DNA of 64,000 nt from Auanema rhodensis (Eukaryota > Animalia > Nematoda). A model generated the notes under the pieces. The model saw only the letters and a program-made list of their open reading frames with translations, was not told the origin of the DNA and ran no database searches. Shown here one piece after another: positions 55,018 through 64,000 of the stretch. The position numbers and the translations under genes were made by a program. How positions within the stretch are numbered: the first letter of the stretch is position 1; every line of letters starts with the position of its first letter. The stretch is taken from assembly GCA_964057225.1 (NCBI GenBank), contig OZ059896.1, positions 9,610,001 through 9,674,000 on the forward strand. Reading direction: 5' to 3'.

Positions 55018-56439
55018 CACCACTACTTGCACAACCAGAGAACAGACGCACCCCCATAGTCTCCGATAAAAGAAACGATGGGAACTCGATAAATGGCTAA
55101 AGAAACAACCCTGTATGGTATCTAATTGGAAAATCACAAAGCCAACGTGAATTTTCTTCTCAATTTTTACACCAGTCAGTATACATAGATGTATTAAGCA
55201 TCAGCTCATTGATCGTAAATAAAACTACAACTAAAGAAAAAATCGAAAAAAAAAAAGAAGCCATTACACTATGAACTCAAAAATCAGAACAATGTTTAAG
55301 CTATTTTAACAAATTCTCTTCATCCAGAATGATGAAGTTCATCCTTAAACTAAAAAAATAGTACGTGATAATACGTTTTTAAACATTGGTTTAATCTGTT
55401 AAATACAGTACAAAATCAATTCCAACAGTTTTCGTTATATTGGAAAGCAATTTCGATTCATGTTGAATTTTTGATATAAATCTGATAATTTCGAGATCAT
55501 ATATCAAAATTTTGAATTACTATTCTGTATTGAATCGAACAAAAAGAAGAGTGTCATATTATTCTTTTTAATTGAATTTTAATTCATTTTAATTCTTTTG
55601 AGTTAAAGTGTTTAGTGAGTTCAATTCTGTAAAACTTAGTTGTTGGTCTTGGCAATGTGAATAAAACTTCTGGTTTTTTTTACAAGGAATGTATCAAAAA
55701 TTAATTGAGAAAGATTAAAATAGAGTATGTAGTTTATCACAGCTATAAATTTTCTTGTAATCGCTTTGGAAATAAAAACTTTCGAAAGATTGGCATGATA
55801 ATTCCTTCATTGTAATAATGGATATACAGCTATTAAATGTATCTGACCTTATCAAAATAGTAAAATTTATTAGCAAGGTGACTTTTTCTAGTGTAGCATA
55901 TGAATAAAATTAATTTTTAAATAATTTTTTCAAAGAAAAAAATCCAATCTTTGAAGTGGACAATTTTTTTTTGAAGAAAACTTCATAATCTGGAGTTAAA
56001 TTTGTTGTGTATTTGATTGTTATAGTTGAATGAAAGTGTAAGCATTCAGATAATATGAGAGGGCAGGATATTAGTGATTCTTCCAATAGTTTCTATGACT
56101 GTTATATTGTTTTGCTCTACATTTATGTCGTACTTGAGTTCTAACGACTCTGTCGTTCTCATCCCGTTTAAGTGTTTCCGTTTGAATCCACAAAAAGTAC
56201 ATTTAGAAGATTGAGACAGTTTAGATAAAATTGGATTAGATTTCAAAAAAGTCAATTGATGCTCTATGAAAGACATGGATGAAAAGATAAAACTAGAAAG
56301 AGAAGAAGAAATAGAAGAATAAATAGATATACATATCTTTGTATATGCACATGTAGAGAGGGAGAGAGAGAGAGAGGTAGAGGAAAAAACACAAAGCAAA
56401 AAAAGGAGAGCAGAAGAAACAGATACGCACTGCATTCAT

Positions 56440-57091
56440 TGAAGTCTAGCGATGTTCCTCCCAGAGCAAATCTAATAAAATTTGCGAGTTGAATTAATGT
56501 CGCAGTTTCTTTATCGCTATCTCTTAAATTGCTGAATTTGTTTTAGTTTCATTGAAGGTGATATAATAATCTTTGTTTTTAATATGTACTTTACAATTAA
56601 AAATTCTAAATCTTTTTTATGTTTTTGAAAACTTTTTGTTTTTAAATAAGTAAAATATTGATAAAATGGTTGATTTAAAAATATAACATACAACATACAT
56701 ATGCAGCTATGTATATGAGGAAAAACGAAATGAGAAACCTATTAATCTGACAGAAAAAGCCTTAGTGAAGAAGAATATTCAGTTTGCATAATTGAAAAAC
56801 TCACGAGAGATAGAGATAGAAAAGTAGTATAGTTAGTGAAAAGAAATAGTTATTAGAAGAAAAAGAAAAATGAAGAAAGAAACTGCAAAATGAGGTGATG
56901 GACATATATTATGAGTTCTCACATTAAAAGAAAAGGAAATACTAATATATTAATATTAAATTCATAATTGCAGCTTGCTAAGTGGAAACTTGACACACAA
57001 AGCGTTGTAAGAGATAAAGAAACTGCGACATTAATTCAACTCGCAAATTTTATTAGATTTGCTCTGGGGAAAAGCACATCGCTAAACTTCA
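56440..57091. mobile_element. MITE-like/foldback non-autonomous element with ~90-100 bp terminal inverted repeats
   Basis: 56460-56515 is the exact reverse complement of 57013-57068, with imperfect extension on both sides. Flanked by ATTCAT direct repeats (56434-56439, 57092-57097). No ORF inside. Confidence 0.65.
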
Positions 57092-58151
57092 ATTCATGAA
57101 TTTCATTTTTTTTCTTTCATTCGCTGTCACATTTTTCGAACAAAAGCTTTCCATATGTTTTCTTTACTGATCATTATTTGACCTAATGTTAACATATTTG
57201 ATGTTGTCTTTCCTATAAAACTCAATTTGTATATCAAAATACTGCTTTAAACTTTAACTTCATCAACATCTTACCTGTTTGCTTTCATTTTAATTTTTTT
57301 TCGCTTTTTCATCACTAGCCCTCTTCACTAACTATGCTACTTCTCTATCTTTCTCATAAGCTTTTTAATTATGCAAACTGCATCTTCTTCGCTGATGCTT
57401 TTTCTGTCAGATTAATAGGTTTCTCATTTCGTTTTCCCTCACATCTCTGCATCTCCATTTCTTCGCCTTTAAAACTACATCAATCTACCATTTTGCTTAA
57501 TTTCTATACATTTATGCTCTTCGTTTCAAGCATTCAGTAGTTAAAATTTTTTTTTATTTCTTAAGTATATGAAACGTTTTGTGTTTTTAAATATTGAAAC
57601 AAGTAGTGGTTTTACCGTTTATTCTTCCACGTCTTTATCTAAGGAATTCAAGCCACTTTATACTAAATTTGATTTTTTGTTTGGACATGCTTAACTGACT
57701 TGACGAGTTTGAAGGCGGCTCCGCCGAGCTTTATTGAGCTGGCAGAGAAAATGCAATAGATTTAAAAGTACGAGTAACAAAAAGAAGCAAGCTGCTTATG
57801 TTAACATAAGCAGAAAAAAGTTTGTTGTCTCCCAACTGTTTAATTGAATTTATTTCTCAACTTTCTTTCATTTTCTGGAATATTAATGCATTTGTTCTCT
57901 TACTAAATTTGGATAGAATTCGCAAGGGGCGAGCTGAATTATATTAACGTAAAATATTCATTTCTTTTTCTTTTGAATTAGATTAAAAAATTCTTCAATT
58001 TTGAAATTGTTTAATCCGTCTAATTTCATGCCAAAACTGTCTCAATTTCAAAGTTATCGCTATAAATGAGCTGAAATAAACTTAATAACAATATGTTTTT
58101 GCTCTCAAACACAATGTTTTTAGAATTTAAACAAGTTCATATACACATCTA

Positions 58152-58200
<49 letters not shown>

Positions 58201-61200
58201 ATGTATATGTATATATTATATTATAAATGAACAAATACATATACGTTTTATACTTCTTTTATGATTCCTTATCTATCTTTATTTAATCTTTTTTTTATTG
58301 GAAAATAATAAATATTTCTGTTTAGATGTATAAATATCTTTTTATGACAGATCAAATTAGGCATTTTTGGCTTATCTAATGACTAAATCATTTCTGAATA
58401 TGCTTAACTAAGCTTCCTTAGGTGACAGCTTATTCACTCAAAAGTAGAAACGAGTGATCAGTATTAGAAAGCTGAATGACAGGAGAAGAAGAGAATGCAA
58501 GATATGAAAAGATAGAGAAAGGAAATGAAGACAAAAAGAAAAGACTAAATGGAAAAGATAGTGTAATGGATGGAGAAACTCAGTTGGCTCTCTTCCAATA
58601 GAATACCGAGTCTTTTCATTTCCGTTCAGATGAAACAAGTAAAGTGTTTTCCGTCTCAATAGCCATGACAGACGAGCATCATCCATATAGCTCAAGTTCA
58701 GCAACAGGAAAATCCGCATTTGGATCCTAAAATTTCAGTGAGACCCCCCTTCTTTTTCTATCTATTTATATTCTAAAAGAATCTTTTTTTTTTACAATTT
58801 TTCATTATCTGTCAAATGTCGTCAATTTATCCTCGTCTAAATTCAAGAGCTAAATAGTCTTTTGAGCAGTTCCCTTGGGAAAAGCAACTTGTAATATTCA
58901 ATGAACACTGGATATTTCTTTATATATATATTTTATATTTTTTGTTAAATTCTGTATACTATTGGAATCACTTTCAAATAATGTCTACATGTGTTAATTT
59001 TTTGCAAATCCCAACTTTTCATACTATATACGCATACGCATGAGCTGTCATGCGTTTTGCTTCAATTTTGAGTTTGTTAAAATTTGCTCTAACTTCGCTG
59101 TAACCACATAGTAATTGCTACTATTTTGAAACTTCAAACTTACTGATTATAAAATTAAAGTTTCTTAAATTCAGATAATACAATGTAGATTATTTTTATC
59201 ATAATTTATATTCACAAAATTGTGCTAATGTCACTGATAATTTAAGTTTATATTTGTAGTTTTCTAACCATTTATCAAACATAATATATGAGAAAAAAAT
59301 ATTACATTCAAATATATATATATATATATATATAATATTCTTTCTCATATATGGGGGGGGGGGGGGAGGTTGTGTATATGTCTTAGTTCTGGGAATGAAG
59401 ATATTTGTTGATGGAGTGCATCGGAACTTCGATTTTTCTTCCAATAGCTTACTACACACATACTATATTCTATATATTATTATTATATATTAAAATATAT
59501 TTTCTATATCTTTTTTTTCCTACAATCATACATCTTCTGTTGTCATTCATCTTTATTTTCAATGTTTTCTGTTTGGTGCTTCTAGAAAAGTGTTCTTTTT
59601 TTGTTTATATTACATAGATTATGTGATTAGATAACATTTTTTTGCTTTTTTTTAAACTTCAAATGCTAATGAAAAGAAAAAGTCAATGTTAAATACTGAA
59701 TAATGTATCAAAATACGATTTTTTTTGTTTTTTTTTTTTTGATAAATATTGCTGAATATATGAATATATACTTATAAAGTATGAAATTGAAACGAGTACA
59801 ATAGAAAAGAAAACGAATCAAATCAGCCTACATCAATATGAAAATCTAATAAATCTTTAGTTACAATGATATACTATGAACATACATACTTACTTTCATC
59901 AAAAGTTTTCTTTTTTTTTTTGATATTTAAACATTTAATCTTTTAACCAACATCTGCTATACCTCTGAATAAAATCAACGGTTTGTCGTCAAGGTGATGG
60001 GTCTTTATGCGTTATTTGTTAGCAATACTAAAAAGCTAAGAAAATGAGGCTATAGGATTTTTTTTTTGAGATTTGTATAAGAACAAAGACTGATTTAGTA
60101 TATTGTGCGTGTTCTTGATGTTCCCAAGAAAGCTTCATCATTCATACATCTTCTGTTCCATTTCTTTCCTTTTTCCACCAATTCCAATTCTTTTCTCACT
60201 TTTCTCTAACCCTGGTTTGTTAATACTATGGTCATCCTATTCTTTTTGCTAAAACGCTTTCTTTCTATTACTAGCTCAGGGATGGATCTAGAGCTTATAT
60301 GGATTTCATGTTGCTAGTTTCGTTCTTGTGTCCAACATTCCTGCCGTAGCTCAAAGCTACCCCCTGAAGACTGAAAAAGGCAATTAGAACATCTTCAGTA
60401 GGAAACATATCGGTCTTAAGCTTATTGTCCCTCAGGCGATCTCTTTCTTTTCCTCTTTATTCCTCTGTTCTTTTAGTTCTCCTACTCCCTCTGTTTCTAT
60501 GCTGGTTCTTCTCTTTTCTTTTCTCTTTTTATTTTCTTTATTTTTCTAGCTCTCCCTCACGTATACAAAAAGTTTGGTTTGGAACCTATTCAAACTACTA
60601 AGAAACTCTCTGACGACAGGTCTCAGAAATTAGTTTCTTTGTATCCGTTCTGACACTATTCTGATGATTTTCTTAATTTTTCCTCCTGATTCCATATCCG
60701 AACATCTGATAATGACATCATTGCTCATTTCAGGTAATAAACATTTGAGAATTTATTGTTTATATTTTATTTACAAGTAGATAATGCTTAATTTAATATT
60801 TGGCATGTATATCCTTTTATATAAAATATAAAGAAATATTTCTTATATTATTTATTCCAATATCTTATAATATTTTCTTATAATTAATAAGATCAGTATA
60901 ATCTAATTTTTAATATAATATTTTATTTTATAAAGTTTAATATTATGTTTTTAAATGTGCATATATGGATAATATAATATATCTTATTCAAATATTTTTG
61001 CTTTTTTTTTGAATTTTTAATCAATATCATGCAATTCTTCTTGTACACTTTTTGAAATAAGTACATAATTAGATAAATAAATATAATTATATATATTATT
61101 TAATTATAATTACTGATGCTTGTTATGAGTTAATTTATATTTTTCATATTTTTACTTTGATTTCCTTCCTAAACTTAATATTATAATTAATCTTTAATAT

Positions 61201-61961
61201 TCATTATTTCGGTGGCCTAGTTGTTATCCAATTTCTGCTGTATCGACAGAAATATTCATTCTTCTACTTTATACTCGCATAACATACAATTATTATCAAT
61301 ATTTTTATTTTATTTCGCTTTAGTTAATTTTTAAAATCATTTTCATATATAATTATCTTAATACTTCTTTGCTATTTCTCTTGTTTTTGTGATATTCACA
61401 GCAATATGGAAAATCTACAGCATTATATTAATAATTTGGAATATATTTTTATTTTACGAGTTTTCAGTAAAAAAAAATATATATTGTCATATATCGCAGC
61501 AGATCTGCTTATGCGCGTCAATCATTTCATTCACTGCCATAATGTTCCGTTTTCTTATCCGTTCTCTTGAATTCTCCATACCACAGCTAATATTCCCACG
61601 TCCGGACAGCATAGTCAGGAAGTTAAGCTTGAAAATCCGGAGTGAACCTTCCAATCCATCTATCTATCTATCTTTCTGCTCAGCTCTGCCTCATACAGCC
61701 TTCAAACTCGTCTCCTATTTCGTCCTTATGCGCCGCTTTAGCTCGTCCCTTTCTTTTTCACCAACAAATCTTTCTTTAGGAATTTCTTTTCAATTCCAAC
61801 CCTCAACAAAATATTTATTTAGGAAAATATTTTTTTTTAATTGCTTTCCTGATTTCTTTTGTTGTTTTATTGATTTTTATTCATATGTTTCAGAAACATC
61901 TATCCAACGTAGGCGTAGAATAGACGAATACTCTTGTTTTATCAAGTTATACGTCTAAATT

Positions 61962-64000
61962 ATGCACAATTTTTTTCTTTTAAGGTGTGTTATTTAAAAT
62001 TATCTAAAGAATATTCGAGAATGGAAAAAAAATGATATTATTAGTATTTTTAGTCTTGCCAATTATTTTTTTTTTCAGCAGCACTGAGCTGGCCACAAAT
62101 CCGGAGAATTATCGATGGTATTTTCCAGTATTTACAAACAGTTCTCTGTTATTACATTCATCACTTATGACGGGATTTTCTTCTCTTCTAGCTTTGGAAC
62201 TATTTATAATTTTATTAGCTTTGATTGTTAATTCAGCTCTAATAGCTGCTCTACGATCATCAAGTCTCATCCATATTAATCTAAAACTAATTTGTATAGC
62301 ACATTTGGCCGAATTCTATTTTTTGGCCTGTGCTCAAATAGTTTTGATATGTTATCAATCTGGAATTATTACTGATACAGGTAATTTTTATATTTTTTTA
62401 TTATTTAGAGAATAATATTAATTATTAAATATACATTTGTATATAAATATATAGAAAGTTTACTATTAGGTCAATAAACTATTTGTCAAGTCCCTACACA
62501 TATGTGTATAGGTACATGAGATACATTTCTATATAATATTAAACAAATTTCTTGAATTTATATTAATTTATTTGACTTTGAGTCGCAATAATACAACATT
62601 TTCAAATTATTACTTATTTAGTCCTTATATAAATACATACATATAAAATTTGTGGGAAGGTTTTTGGCTTACAACAAGCTTTCTATCTCTCTGTCTCTCA
62701 GCCTTTTGGTCTCTGTTCTGCCGATTCATCCGCTTACTTGGCCTTTTAAGTTTGATCACCAAATTATTTGTAGTACTATACTTTTGAACAAAAATAGCGA
62801 AATTGGTAATTCAAACTGAAAAATGAATTTTAAGTATATGTATATGTATTAATGACTTTATTAATAATAAAAGAAGTTTTCTTAATAAGAAATATATCAA
62901 ATAAAGTTGTTTAATTTCAGATTCTTTATATCATGATGTATGTATAACTTTAACTGGGCTTTGTAAAGTTCATTATCTTTGGTCGATTGTGCTTGTTCAA
63001 GCTGCAACAGTTTTTGAAAGAACAGTGGCTACTAGACATATTTCAAAATATGAGGTTAATCTATTAATAAATATTTAATATTTAACATATATTTCTAGGT
63101 TATGAAAGGAAAACATGTTGGAGTCATAGTTTGTATAATCAAATTCGCATTATCTTTAACTATTTCTCTAACTATACTCTCTCTACGATTACGGTTTTCA
63201 GTAGTTTCAATACTTCTCATAGCTGTTCTAACTATATTAGCTGCGGTATTCAATCTAATATTTAACATATCTTAATATTTTTAATATTATATTTCAGTGG
63301 TATGTTATATTAATGAAGAAAAATCGACGAATATTAGCAGGATGTACAGTAGCAATGTATTCTCTTAGTTCAAAATATCAAGTAACAGAAAATATTCGAA
63401 TTTTAAAGGTTAGAGAAATATTATAACATTTTCTTTTATATTTATATGTTTAAGCTTGTTCGAAATTTGTTTATTCTGGATACAACAGCTTTGGTTCTTA
63501 TAATGGGCTCAATGGCCATAATACGATCTTTTCCATCATTTCTATATGTTCATCCGTTTTTAGTTATTGCTTTAGAGATTATGATGGCAGCGTAAGTTTA
63601 TTATAAAAATTATTTTTAAAAAAAATTAGAATTCATATAAGAAAACGAAAAAACTTTAAGAAATTAATGATATTATTCGTAATCTTATCTTAGAAATAGA
63701 AGCTAGGGGAGCGAAGAAATAAGTATTATATTATGAATAAATTATAATTTTGAACATTTTCAATATTTTAACTAATATTATTAATTTTAATTAATTCTAT
63801 ACTTCATTTAAAAATTCAATAAATAAATAATAACAAAACATTTAAAGATTAATCGGATTAAAATATAAATCTGACCTTTAACTATTTAGACAAAAAAAAA
63901 TGATATATGTAAAGAAAAATGAATAATTTCTGTTCGATTAAATCGGCTTTTTAGATTTCCATTGGAAATGCTGGTAATTGTAATGTGGGATTCAAATAAA
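61962..64000 (+). CDS. Serpentine chemoreceptor, Sre-like (Sra superfamily), 3'-truncated by the window end
   Basis: MHNFFLLS|STELATNPENYRWYFPVF...IHINLKLI...VFERTVATRHISKYE...YSLSSKYQVTENIRILK. Multiple hydrophobic exons with GT-AG introns. Confidence 0.82.

Noticed and set aside
56267-56278. TGAAAGACATGG, matching miR-71 nt 1-12
   Set aside because: The remainder diverges and no complementary arm follows.
61389-61958. 189-aa ORF upstream of the Sre-like gene
   Set aside because: GTG start, T-rich low-complexity composition, and it spans the probable promoter/outron.

Overview
AT-rich nematode genomic DNA, probably a rhabditid/clade V species. Evidence: 42-60 nt GT-AG introns, TTTCAG-type acceptors directly before start codons (consistent with SL trans-splicing), and a C. 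elegans-like tRNA-Lys. Ten intron-split protein genes were assembled by hand: choline kinase (cka-1-like, +), wrt-10-like warthog (-), IL-17 receptor-like ilcr-2 (+), a ground-like hedgehog-related gene (+), two tandem Srh/Sri-type chemoreceptors (-), an SLC17/MFS transporter (-), an unrecognised 2-TM protein with PY motifs (+), fatty-acid elongase elo-1 (-), and an Sre-type chemoreceptor (+, truncated at the window end). There is also one tRNA-Lys(CTT), a MITE-like inverted-repeat element and many microsatellites. Most supplied ORFs are spurious low-complexity or intron read-through frames. Best leads: a stop/start-overlapping uORF on ilcr-2, a perfect sterol regulatory element upstream of elo-1, inward-facing telomere-hexamer palindromes, a double-hairpin ncRNA candidate in the ~20 kb gene-poor interval, and interleaved orthologs from two C. 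elegans chromosomes. Orthology calls rest on recalled protein sequences, not on a search. No clearly novel multi-gene system could be established.
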